From: an uncultured Nitrososphaeraceae archaeon
GTDB lineage: Archaea > Thermoproteota > Nitrososphaeria > Nitrososphaerales > Nitrososphaeraceae
Length of the DNA stretch: 64,000 nt
Assembly: GCA_963729045.1 (NCBI GenBank)
Contig: CAVSMN010000007.1
Span: 64,001 to 128,000 of the forward strand
Direction of reading: 5' to 3'
The notes under the pieces are model-generated. The model made no database searches. It saw only the letters and a program-made list of their open reading frames with translations, and had not been told where the DNA came from. Of the stretch, positions 54,901 through 64,000 are shown piece after piece. A program made the translations under genes and the position numbers. Every line of letters starts with the position of its first letter. Position 1 is the first letter of the stretch.

Positions 54901-55746
54901 ATGAGTAAATTTTTAAAAAAACTTCTCAAAGGCGTATTAGCGGATGAGGATCTCGAAAAAGTTTATTCTTCATTTGATATGATAGGTGATATAGCTATCA
55001 TTAAGATACCTGATTCTCTGTTAGCAAAAAAAAATATCATTGGAGAGGTTATACTAGAAAGTATAAAAAATCTAAAAACTGTTTGCTTACAAAGTTCATC
55101 GGTTTCCGGAGAATACAGGTTACGTGGGCTAGAAGTCATTGCTGGATATGAGAAATACGTTACCTACTATCGGGAGTATGGTTGCAAGTTTTTAGTTAAC
55201 GTGGCCACCTCTTATTTCTCACCTAGATTGTCTACCGAACGACTCCGAATTTCAAATCTGGTTTCTCCCGGAGAAATAGTAGTAAATATGTTTGCAGGGG
55301 TAGGAACATTTTCAGTTATAATGGCAAAAAATCATCAAATAAAGGTATACAACATTGATTCTAACTTGGATGCATACATCTTGAGTATTATGAATTCAAA
55401 AATAAACAAATTAAAGGATCGCGTCTTTTCAATACACGGAGATTCCCAGGAAGTACTTCGTTCAAACAGCTTTAAAGAGCGTATCGATAGAGTTCTACTC
55501 CCATTACCCGAAAGAGCTCATGAGTTTGTAGATATTTCCATAAATTGCTTAAAAACCTCTGGAGGGCATTTACATTTCTTCTCACATATAAAAAGTGATA
55601 CCAAAGCTGGGGTTGTCCCAATTTCTGAGGCTCATATTCGCAACTTATTCTCAAAGTACAACTTTGAAATAGAACATACCCAAATAGTCCGAGATGTAGC
55701 TCCACGAATTTATCAAACAGTTACGGATCTCTTTATTTCCAAATAA
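54901..55746 (+). CDS. Trm5/TYW2-family SAM-dependent tRNA-modifying enzyme
   Basis: FDMIGDIAII, G.YRLR, YFSPRLSTER, NMFAGVG. Confidence 0.88.
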   Translation: MSKFLKKLLKGVLADEDLEKVYSSFDMIGDIAIIKIPDSLLAKKNIIGEVILESIKNLKTVCLQSSSVSGEYRLRGLEVIAGYEKYVTYYREYGCKFLVNVATSYFSPRLSTERLRISNLVSPGEIVVNMFAGVGTFSVIMAKNHQIKVYNIDSNLDAYILSIMNSKINKLKDRVFSIHGDSQEVLRSNSFKERIDRVLLPLPERAHEFVDISINCLKTSGGHLHFFSHIKSDTKAGVVPISEAHIRNLFSKYNFEIEHTQIVRDVAPRIYQTVTDLFISK

Positions 55747-55770
55747 TCCGATCTATTTAGTAAGGGAATC

Positions 55771-55980
55771 TCACTTTGCATTCGTATTTTTTTCATTGAC
55801 TGTAAGTGTAACTCCAATCCACCCGACTATAAAGAATACTACGCCCACGATTACAGCCACAGTAAACTTTAGCAACAGAATACCCAAATCTGTTGCAAAA
55901 AGAGTATAAGTATAAGCAGTAAAAAAGGAGATTGCTATCAAAATTAATACGATTCCCTTGATTTTTTCGATTCCATTCAT
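55771..55980 (-). CDS. Small two-TM membrane protein
   Basis: Two hydrophobic helices, WIG motif. Confidence 0.65.
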   Translation of the reverse strand: MNGIEKIKGIVLILIAISFFTAYTYTLFATDLGILLLKFTVAVIVGVVFFIVGWIGVTLTVNEKNTNAK

Positions 55981-56043
55981 AGTTTTTTCATTCTAAAACT
56001 CTTGTATTTAAACTATCGAATTACCGTAATAAAGTATATTGTG

Positions 56044-57171
56044 CTATTTGTTTGTAAATACCAAACTAGGCCTTTCAATTGTTTTGATGTAATTCTCCTC
56101 TAACTTGTGTAAGAATTGTTCTTTAGTTAAATTGTCATTATTAAGGAAGGCAGCAATAGAACAACCACCTGCACCCGCACCTTCCTTTACAAATCCTTCA
56201 GAGTAAGATCTCAATCCTTTTTTGGTTGAATTTTCTAGAAGGAGATCAATGTAGAAAATAGGTACCTCATCTGAAATGTTATTCATCAATCCAACAATGT
56301 CTGATTTTTTATCATTAATTATGTAAGAAGTTGTTCCTATACAGATGTTATCTCTTAACTTTACATTCAATGACTTTAATAAAGCTAGGATACAACACAT
56401 TTGAGTTCCTCCGGCCAAGATAATTTTCTTCTTACTGGAAATGATTTCTTCAGTTAACCCAACAACTGTGGGCATTAGGGGGTCCCCCAAGTTTGCTATT
56501 GCCCTAAAGGGGTCGTTTGAACAATCTCCAGTTCTCATTTTTGATCTCGAGAGAGCTTTCTCTACTATCTTGTTTTTCAATTCATTAGGGTTGTCTGGCA
56601 TACTACTACTGACCTTGTTATATCCATCAACCCCAAGAGCCTGCATGACACCCAACGCAGTTGTTGTACCTCCTGGAATACTTTCTCCTATAATTACAGT
56701 TTCATTTATTTTGGCCAATTCTTTCCCAAGCAATTTGCCCATATCATAGTTTTTTATTACATTGCCTATTTCTAAACCCGGTTCTTGAAGTATGTTCTTG
56801 CCAAATTCGGAATCAATATTAACATAAGGTAAGTTGGGTTTGATTTTGGACCCAGAGTCGACTACTGATATCGGGATATTTGATAAATCCAGTGCAGTTT
56901 TTGAAATTATTGCAGGAGTTGGCTTTCCATCTGGCGTTGCAGGAATTGTATCAATGCATTTACACCTACCATAATAAATATACTCTGCATCGGCGGCGGG
57001 GGTATATTTCAATAGTTCTGTGTTTGCTCCGGCAACTGTAAGACCGGGAATAGTAGATGTTTCCGTATAGGATATTGCCAAAATAAAAGAAGTTCTGTTT
57101 GATTTAAAAGACAATAAATCATTATTGCCTCTTTTAGAAGGCAGACTCTGGATAACGTCAGTAATCAACAA
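56044..57171 (-). CDS. cobT: Archaeal CobT-type nicotinate-mononucleotide:base phosphoribosyltransferase (TIGR00303-like)
   Basis: TET..IPGLTVAG, TPAADAE, GESIPGGTTTALG, LAGGTQM, GFVKEGAGAGG; TTG start inferred. Confidence 0.88.
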   Translation of the reverse strand: MLITDVIQSLPSKRGNNDLLSFKSNRTSFILAISYTETSTIPGLTVAGANTELLKYTPAADAEYIYYGRCKCIDTIPATPDGKPTPAIISKTALDLSNIPISVVDSGSKIKPNLPYVNIDSEFGKNILQEPGLEIGNVIKNYDMGKLLGKELAKINETVIIGESIPGGTTTALGVMQALGVDGYNKVSSSMPDNPNELKNKIVEKALSRSKMRTGDCSNDPFRAIANLGDPLMPTVVGLTEEIISSKKKIILAGGTQMCCILALLKSLNVKLRDNICIGTTSYIINDKKSDIVGLMNNISDEVPIFYIDLLLENSTKKGLRSYSEGFVKEGAGAGGCSIAAFLNNDNLTKEQFLHKLEENYIKTIERPSLVFTNK

Positions 57172-57204
57172 AATTCTGTCAAATTCTATTAATAATAACC
57201 TTTG

Positions 57205-57435
57205 CTGGTTGGAAGGAAAGGAAAGAGAAAAGGAAAAGAAGAAGAAAAAGGGTTGTTGTTTGTGAATAAAGCCTTTCCCCATCCAATCATTGTATCATTT
57301 CTATTCCATTAAGAAGGTTGGGTCGGAGACGGACACCACAACAACAACAACAGCAACAGCAGCAAGCAGCTGCAGCAGCGGGAAGGCGGGAAGGGGAAGG
57401 TGAGCTGATAAGGGTGGTGGTGGTGGGTTAGTGTC
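57205..57435. other. GC-rich low-complexity intergenic island: polypurine tract, (CAA)n/(CAG)n, G-runs, (GGT)n
   Basis: Read directly from sequence. Confidence 0.85.
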
Positions 57436-57436
57436 C

Positions 57437-58051
57437 TTATGAGCTCATGAATTTAAGGAAATCATCCTCATTCTTGAACTTGAAAACAAAATTGGATTCA
57501 AATTCTTTTTTTAATGTTGATGTTTTACTTGAACCATAATGATGACCAGGCAGGATTGTCAAATTTCCATCCAGGTTTACTAGTATACCGTATATCGAGT
57601 TAAACATTTCATGTGGATTACCCCCGGGCAGGTCTAGTCTTCCACAACTACCTACGAAAACGGTATCTCCGGTAAGCATTACTTTGTCATCAATTATTAG
57701 GCAAATACTATCCTTAGAGTGGCCCGGAGTATGGATTATTTTGATCTTTGAATCACCAAATTCAATAATCTGGCCATCATCTACCTCAATGTCCTTCTCT
57801 AATGGTGATAACTTATGTTGTATCACCTTTGCCCCAGTAGTATTTTTTACTTGTTCATTACCAAATATGTGATCAAAATGTGAATGTGTGTTTAGGATAT
57901 ATCTATTACCAAGCGAATTTCTTTTCAGGTATTCAAAGATAACTTCCAAGTTCCAAGAAGGATCCACAATAATTGTATCGTTATTTTTTTCATCTACAAT
58001 AATGTATGTGAAGTTTGCCATTTCTCCTACCAGAAATTGTTCTACCTTCAA
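57437..58051 (-). CDS. MBL-fold hydrolase (glyoxalase II-like)
   Basis: THSHFDH, HTPGHS, TGDTVFVGSCGR, PGH. Confidence 0.92.
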   Translation of the reverse strand: MKVEQFLVGEMANFTYIIVDEKNNDTIIVDPSWNLEVIFEYLKRNSLGNRYILNTHSHFDHIFGNEQVKNTTGAKVIQHKLSPLEKDIEVDDGQIIEFGDSKIKIIHTPGHSKDSICLIIDDKVMLTGDTVFVGSCGRLDLPGGNPHEMFNSIYGILVNLDGNLTILPGHHYGSSKTSTLKKEFESNFVFKFKNEDDFLKFMSS

Positions 58052-58057
58052 GCCCTA

Positions 58058-58801
58058 TCACACAACCCCTTTTTCTGCTTCAAATGGTATGCCGATCTTT
58101 TTAACTATTAGCCTCCCAACGATCTCCGGATTCTTGAGTAACCCATGTTTTGGTCGATGAAATGTTATTGTTGCGTCTGCTCTAATCGCTTTATCAATAA
58201 TTTTTCCACTGTCCGGATCTAATCCTGAAGGGATATCAACTGCGAGTATAAAAGTAGTTCCTTTTTTATCATTTATTGTTTCAATCACTTTTGAATGAGG
58301 TTCTTTTATTTCTCTTTTGATTCCTGTTCCAAATATCCCGTCCAAAATAATATTTGACTTTTTAATCTCGTCCTCAATTTCAGTAACATTGTTTGATTCT
58401 AATGTAAATTTTCTTATCGATTCCATTTTACTTATGATCTGCCAATTTAAAATGGATTCTGGGGTTTTTAGGTCCTCAGGGGAACATAAGAGGATCACCG
58501 ATAAGTTGATTCTATTATTAGATTTATTTCGTGCAAGAATGTATCCTGATAGGTGACGTATTGCAACCAATGCATCACCACCGTTATTTCCCTTTCCACA
58601 AACGGCTACTATAGAATTATCTAGTATGTTTTCTTTGAATTCATCTATCAAGAAATCTGCAATTCTAGAACCAGCATTCTCCATCATCAAAGTTTTCTTC
58701 ATAGAATAATTGGATTCTCCGTTGTTTTCTATCTCGTACATCTGACCCGAAGATATCGGCTCATACCCTTTTTCTATGGCATAATTGCTTTTCATATTCA
58801 T
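58058..58801 (-). CDS. nnrE: NAD(P)HX epimerase (YjeF_N)
   Basis: MMENAG, GKGNNGGD, DGIFGTG, AVDIPSG. Confidence 0.93.
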   Translation of the reverse strand: MNMKSNYAIEKGYEPISSGQMYEIENNGESNYSMKKTLMMENAGSRIADFLIDEFKENILDNSIVAVCGKGNNGGDALVAIRHLSGYILARNKSNNRINLSVILLCSPEDLKTPESILNWQIISKMESIRKFTLESNNVTEIEDEIKKSNIILDGIFGTGIKREIKEPHSKVIETINDKKGTTFILAVDIPSGLDPDSGKIIDKAIRADATITFHRPKHGLLKNPEIVGRLIVKKIGIPFEAEKGVV

Positions 58802-58863
58802 GAATTTACTTACCTTGAAGACTTTATTAATAAATTTTTTCCTAAAAAATGGCCTAAAATCTT

Positions 58864-59083
58864 TTACTGATATGAATGTAATCTCTTTTCTTCATGAGCT
58901 TTTACTTTCTGATCAAGGGGGTCTTTATGATCTTTTGCTATGTGAATTTTATAACAATCATCATGAAGGATCCCTAATTCACAGAATTCACAAGATGTTA
59001 CAAATTCTAATTCCTTGAAATCATCCTTGCAAAAACTGCATTTCTCATTGGGTAATGACTCAGTTAATAACGGTTTTAGCCAT
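58864..59083 (-). CDS. Small Zn-finger protein (start uncertain; ATG at 59083 would need a +1 correction)
   Basis: CSFC..CEFC....H..C..H...H pattern. Confidence 0.6.
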
Positions 59084-59143
59084 CCCTCTCTCCATAAGAC
59101 GTTGACCAATAAATAAATGGTAATCTGATCCCATAAATATCTG

Positions 59144-59632
59144 TTATACATCAAAAGGCATAAGATAATTTTTTAGTTTAACTTTTTTGATTTTAGAATC
59201 ATAAATTGCAAATGTGTCTCCGTTATAATTGCATTTAATCATAGGAAATATTTTTGGCTTTTTTTTAAACCTTATGATTTTATAATACTCTTTTGTTTTT
59301 CTTGGTAGGTATTTTATCTCCCCCTTAACTATTAGTCTTTGTTTTCTCATAAATTTAAATGCCAAAATTATATATCTGTCTTGGTAAGCCTCAAACATTT
59401 GTGTAATGAGATAACATCTGACAATTTGATCTTGGGGAACATAAATGCTATTACTGGTAGCCGTTTTTGCCTCTATTGATAATAATATAGAATCTGCGTT
59501 ATTTACCGCTACAATGTCGGGTAAGCCTGTACTCGATCCTCCCAATCTTCGCGCAATCCATTCTCCAGAATTAAGTTGCTTAACCAAACGATACTCAAAA
59601 TTATACCCTCTGCTCCTGCGAATATTGGTCAT
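59144..59632 (-). CDS. Hjc-like PD-(D/E)xK Holliday junction resolvase
   Basis: RG..FE..LV, RLGGS, PDIVA, IEAK. Confidence 0.8.
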   Translation of the reverse strand: MTNIRRSRGYNFEYRLVKQLNSGEWIARRLGGSSTGLPDIVAVNNADSILLSIEAKTATSNSIYVPQDQIVRCYLITQMFEAYQDRYIILAFKFMRKQRLIVKGEIKYLPRKTKEYYKIIRFKKKPKIFPMIKCNYNGDTFAIYDSKIKKVKLKNYLMPFDV

Positions 59633-59717
59633 CCATTTCAACGTTTGATTTAGATGCCATAAATTTTTTTTTATGCATTCGTAGCAACTATTTATAACCA
59701 GCCAAGAAACTCTAATT

Positions 59718-60353
59718 ATGACTTTTGATATTGATTCTACCAAATTACAGGATTCGTTGAATGAATTTTCGTCTTATCTAAAACAAGTGGAATCAAGCAG
59801 GGAGAAATTAATAAAGGAAAATAGGGAAATAATTGCCTTGAGTAGCAAGGCAATTATATTATTACATAGCGGAAAGACTGTTGAAGCAACTGAACTAATT
59901 AATAATGCGTTTTCTTTGCTTTCAGAACTCAAAAAATATGTTATTTCTGATTTGGAACGTTATTTGTGGCCTGCGGAACAAGAATACGTTGAAGCTGCTA
60001 TTTTAAAAGAGATTGTTGAAAGGAAAGATCATTTTAGCGGACATATCGAACTGCAGGTTTCATTAAACGCATATGTTACAGGGTTGTTAGATTGCATTGG
60101 TGAAATCAAGCGAATGATCTATGATAATCTTAGGAAGGACGATTTTGAGTCATCCTTGTCCTTGTTTACCATTATGCAATCCTTATATGATTTAATATAC
60201 CCGTTTGCATTCTACGACAATATTGTCTCTGGGGTCAGAAAGAAACTAGATGTTGGCAAACGGATAATTGATGACGTTCGTATCTCTATTACGGAGGAAT
60301 ACCGGCGAAAGAGCTTTCTAGATCGGATCGACCGTGTGTCTCTCGTTAAATAA
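59718..60353 (+). CDS. Translin/TRAX (C3PO-like) family protein
   Basis: RE.LIK..REI...S..AI..LH, EQEYVEA, Y..GLLD.IGE.KR, RKKLD. Confidence 0.85.
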   Translation: MTFDIDSTKLQDSLNEFSSYLKQVESSREKLIKENREIIALSSKAIILLHSGKTVEATELINNAFSLLSELKKYVISDLERYLWPAEQEYVEAAILKEIVERKDHFSGHIELQVSLNAYVTGLLDCIGEIKRMIYDNLRKDDFESSLSLFTIMQSLYDLIYPFAFYDNIVSGVRKKLDVGKRIIDDVRISITEEYRRKSFLDRIDRVSLVK

Positions 60354-60424
60354 TTGGTTATTATGGATACCTAGAGCATTGGAATCCACCTTCTGGTCCT
60401 AACTTAAAATATAGAGTATAGGGT

Positions 60425-61885
60425 TTAAGCGAATTTGGCAAAAGCTTCAGATAAATATCTGTTTAGCTTTTTGGACCAATCGGGGAATCCTTGTGATGAA
60501 TCGGGATAATTTCTATAATGTTTCACTAACTCTTCATTCATCTGAGAAGTGAATTTCAAGTCTTCTGCAAGTTTCTTGTTAAGTGCTCCTCTTATCATCA
60601 TACTAAGTTTACTAACGGTGCTAAATTCTGGATGCTCCCCATTAGTTATCTTATCAACGTCCATTTTTGACAGAAAGTGCTTCATGCCATAGTTAATCTG
60701 TTCGTTAGTAAGTTGTTGGAGCATTCTTCTGAATACTTCTAAACCAGCAGTCTTGTAGCCATATTCGTTAATGAAATTCTTATTGTATTTCCAAAGTCCA
60801 TTCTCTGAAACGTCTCCTGATTCTATTGCTTCAACCAGATCTTTTCCAGCTATTGTGGCTGCAATTATAGCAGGACCTATGCCACCAGCATCCAGCGGCT
60901 TTGGCATCCATGCCGAGTCTCCAACCATCATGTAGCCATTGGCAACCATACAATCGTTCTGCCTCCTTACGGAAACCTGCCATGTGCCCCATTCATTGCC
61001 TAGGTCTTCCTCCCCTATTGCTAGTCTTGGATTTGATATAACTGGATTAACTCCAACATAATCATCTATTAACTTCTTCAAATCCCTCTTTGTTCCAATT
61101 TCCTTGTTTGCTTTATCAAACAGCTTTTGTTGAACACCCAAACCAATATTCACTTTATTTTCTCCTTTTGGAAACACCCATCCATAACCACCTGGAGCCA
61201 ATTTTTGATCTAAGTGAATAATACAATATTCAGGGTCAAAAAACGTCTTGTCTTCATTACCTTTATTATCAAAATCGTAAATATATCTACCAGTAGATTC
61301 TAGATCATTTCTATCAATCCTTCTTTGTATGTGAGAATTAATTGGTAGATTTGTTCGTAGTACTGAAGTAACACCAGTGCAATCAACTATTACTTTTGCT
61401 GTTTTCTTAAATATTTCCTTAGTTTTTGTATTTTCCCCTTCAACACCTACAATAAAATTATTCTCAACTGTTAGTTGTCTAATCATGATATTACTAGCTA
61501 TTTCAACACCCATTTTGGTCGCCTCCATAACTTGCTTTTGAGGTAATTGTTTTCTATTTAAAATATATCCCTCTCCATCAAATGACACTCGAGTTTCATG
61601 ATCCGGTGAAAAAGCAACTACTCCCTTTACTGGATGTTCAATTTCTGGGTAACCCCATGATATTTTGATTCTATCGGTCATGTAATCAACAGTATTTTTG
61701 CCAACTGCATCGCCACAAATCCAACCCGAAAGGGTCTTCCTTCCTTGAATGTCGATAGAGTTCCTATCTAGTACTAAAACCTTCATTCTTTGTTTAGAAT
61801 AATATGCTGCAGATGAGGCTACTATTAGTCCAGCTAACCCTCCACCTGCTACTATGATGTCATAATCTGTATTTGACAGGCTCAT
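60425..61885 (-). CDS. Geranylgeranyl reductase family FAD-dependent oxidoreductase
   Basis: VAGGGLAG, ICGDA, PGGYGWVFP, VGDSA..P.PL.AGGI. Confidence 0.88.
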   Translation of the reverse strand: MSLSNTDYDIIVAGGGLAGLIVASSAAYYSKQRMKVLVLDRNSIDIQGRKTLSGWICGDAVGKNTVDYMTDRIKISWGYPEIEHPVKGVVAFSPDHETRVSFDGEGYILNRKQLPQKQVMEATKMGVEIASNIMIRQLTVENNFIVGVEGENTKTKEIFKKTAKVIVDCTGVTSVLRTNLPINSHIQRRIDRNDLESTGRYIYDFDNKGNEDKTFFDPEYCIIHLDQKLAPGGYGWVFPKGENKVNIGLGVQQKLFDKANKEIGTKRDLKKLIDDYVGVNPVISNPRLAIGEEDLGNEWGTWQVSVRRQNDCMVANGYMMVGDSAWMPKPLDAGGIGPAIIAATIAGKDLVEAIESGDVSENGLWKYNKNFINEYGYKTAGLEVFRRMLQQLTNEQINYGMKHFLSKMDVDKITNGEHPEFSTVSKLSMMIRGALNKKLAEDLKFTSQMNEELVKHYRNYPDSSQGFPDWSKKLNRYLSEAFAKFA

Positions 61886-62534
61886 CTTTTCCTGATATTA
61901 GGTACAGGAAAGGATAATTAAAGCTATGTTGTCTATATCTGCCAAAAAATGATCCTTTATTATGTAAAATGAAGTAAAAGGACAAATGAGGATTATAAGC
62001 GGCTATTGATGTTAAATAACATTCTTTTAAGACATGAATATATAGAATGTCTAACGTTTTCTACCAACTAACCTTAATACCATAGATGAATATAATAAAG
62101 CAATTGATTCTTTGTCATCCCTAGAAAGATAAATATTAGTGATAAAGAGGTTTGGCTGGTTTCTTATTTATTGGTGATGAGGTCAAGACATCTGTGACCG
62201 AATTTGACTTGCTGAAACACTTGGGTTTGATAAAGATTCTCCTAATGTATTTAAAATATCTCTGGTATTGTAATCAAGTACGATAGATAGATTTTATGAG
62301 ACAGATATCGATTGCTGGCCTGGGCTGAACTTAACATGGAAATGATACCATCTTCGAATCTTAAGAATAAGTCAAATTGTACCTTATTCCATAGATACTG
62401 ATTACTTGGACCCAGGTCAGATGATGATTCCTACAAGAAGAGATAAATAGTAATGAGTGGGTCTTTGATACGCTTTATCTGAAAAGACTTTGAACTTCTA
62501 AAAGCTCAAGTATTATGGCTAGATTATTAATATC

Positions 62535-62693
62535 GTGACGACAGAAATCGACCAATTTTTTCGTAATATCAAGTGTGATCACTGTAATAAAATAATTGAA
62601 AAGAAGGTAAAGTATTACTTTGACCAACCTAATGTTGTTTTATTATCAGTTGATGTGTGTAGTGATTGTAGCTACCGCATAAGTTTGAAATAA
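62535..62693 (+). CDS. 52-aa Zn-ribbon-like microprotein (not in ORF track)
   Basis: GTG start; TTEIDQFFRNIKCDHCNKIIEKKVKYYFDQPNVVLLSVDVCSDCSYRISLK*; two CxxC pairs. Confidence 0.55.
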   Translation: MTTEIDQFFRNIKCDHCNKIIEKKVKYYFDQPNVVLLSVDVCSDCSYRISLK

Positions 62694-63104
62694 TTCTGGA
62701 TCAATGCATCTACACATATGGCAAACAAAATAGGATTTTCAATGCTTACATTCTCTAGTTTGTCTGGGATTTTAGAACATTCTGAACTTTTCGAATCTCC
62801 CGCTATTTCCATCCATTTCATTTATTCCTAGCCAAAAATGGTCTATAAATGGATTAGGTTCTAACTCTTTACTAATTACAGCTCACTTTACAATTAAATC
62901 CGCCTCAAAAATCATGTTAGATTTATTACCGCTCTCGATTGTGATAAATAATTACTCCGGATCACTTTTGAACAAGAAAATTAATTTCTAATTTCGCACA
63001 ATTATTTGATAACTAAACCTAAACCTTTCTAGATAAGTATAACTATTCTTGTGGTAGAACCCGAAGTTGACACAAAAATATAAAACAAATTAGTCCCTTA
63101 ATTA

Positions 63105-63275
63105 TTGCATAGCGAATTGGAGCGAGAAATTGACACCGTAAAACCCGACCTGAAAAGAACAAAAATAGAGTGCATTAGGTGTGGTTCGATAATGGGGGAA
63201 ATTACAGTCTGTCATCTAAAATGCCTAAACTGTGGAGCGGAATTGACTTGTTCTGATAAAGGAAATTTCTGGTAA
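63105..63275 (+). CDS. 56-aa CxxCG-type Zn-finger microprotein (not in ORF track)
   Basis: TTG start; ...IECIRCGSIMGEITVCHLKCLNCGAELTCSDKGNFW*. Confidence 0.7.
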   Translation: MHSELEREIDTVKPDLKRTKIECIRCGSIMGEITVCHLKCLNCGAELTCSDKGNFW

Positions 63276-63571
63276 ACACCATTTAGCATAATGGGGATTC
63301 CTGATGATACAATGATAATGAAATCAACTTGACAATCTTTTTCAATTTATCCTTTATCCTAAAATATTTTTCTCTGAGGTTGCGATTAAACACTTATTTA
63401 ATGCCATTTTCATTCATGTAATCACGAATTGCATCTTGTAATTGTTTTTGCATACTTGTTACCCGCCAAGCTCTCATCAAGCATAACCTAATCACCTGTC
63501 TTGACCATGGATGCTGAAATCCGGAATATCTAAACCAGTTAGAATAAATTCTAGATTTTTTAATAATCAAT

Positions 63572-64000
63572 GTGAATAAAAAAAATCTGTACTATTCAAA
63601 TGAAAAAAAAGTTAATCCTTATTATTTTGACGGCCAGGTAATAATTAGAGAAATTTATAATGAATCTAATAGTAATGATCAGGAAGTATATTTTGTAGAA
63701 TTTTCTACTGGTGCATTGACTACTATTCATTTTCATGAAACTGAACAATTCTTAGTTCCTGTGTACGGAAATGGCGTGATTGGTGAAATCGAGACTAACA
63801 AGTCTAATTCTTTGTTGGATTCGACTTTTGAGAATCTGATCATAAAATCACTTAATGTTGGAGAAATCGTTTCAATCAAACCAAATATTTTCCATTTTCA
63901 TGGTGCTTCTCCAGGTCAAAATTTTTCACATATGGCATTTAGAAAGATGTTTGAAACTAGACAAGGATCTGAAAAGACTGAACCAGAACCAGTTCATACA
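63572..64000 (+). CDS. Cupin domain protein, runs off window end (not in ORF track)
   Basis: 143 open codons; F.TGALTTIHFHETEQ.L...G.G and GEIVSIKPNIFHFHGA cupin motifs. Confidence 0.85.
   Translation, partial: MNKKNLYYSNEKKVNPYYFDGQVIIREIYNESNSNDQEVYFVEFSTGALTTIHFHETEQFLVPVYGNGVIGEIETNKSNSLLDSTFENLIIKSLNVGEIVSIKPNIFHFHGASPGQNFSHMAFRKMFETRQGSEKTEPEPVHT

Noticed and set aside
57172..57282. N-terminal poly-Phe extension of CobT
   Set aside because: Arises from reading through the low-complexity island; the real start is more likely TTG near 57171.
3374..59648. Numerous 60-170 aa antisense or alternate-frame ORFs in the ORF track
   Set aside because: Nested in well-supported genes, with no recognisable motifs.
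62174..62215. C/D-box sRNA candidate (GTGATGA...CTGA)
   Set aside because: D'/C' boxes are poor, there is no terminal stem, and no target can be verified by eye.
62677..62821. Short minus-strand ORF (MEIAGDSKSSECSKIP...)
   Set aside because: Under 50 aa with no motif; cannot be supported.

Overview
AT-rich archaeal chromosome segment from an ammonia-oxidising thaumarchaeon (Nitrososphaerales, Nitrosocosmicus-like; inferred from unsplit RpoA'A'' and RpoB, the 3HP/4HB acetyl/propionyl-CoA carboxylase cluster, a stand-alone 5S rRNA and low GC). It is mostly core genome: rps3ae/RNase P proteins, aCPSF1, Lhr, RPA, the rpoH-B-A-L30e-nusA-S12-S7 operon, RFC-L, acc, a larC-larE-iscS / mdh-larB nickel-pincer cluster, L18-S5-L30-L15-secY-adk-cmk-cbf5, priL/priS, mtnA, pepA, ABCE1, cobT, nnrE, an Hjc-like nuclease, translin and a geranylgeranyl reductase. 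About 14 single-base frameshifts, many in essential genes, point to long-read indel errors. Main oddities: (1) an ~830 bp tract inside secY with sharply different synonymous codon usage (22 of 28 Ala codons are GCG, versus 0 of 12 in the flanks); (2) a hypothetical gene after rps7 that appears to carry degenerate prenyl-synthase motifs; (3) larBCE+iscS wrapped around mdh with no larA; (4) a SufT-PqqD-like fusion; (5) several Cys/His microproteins below the ORF cutoff; (6) a GC-rich simple-sequence island. No CRISPR array, tRNA or mobile element was recognised.
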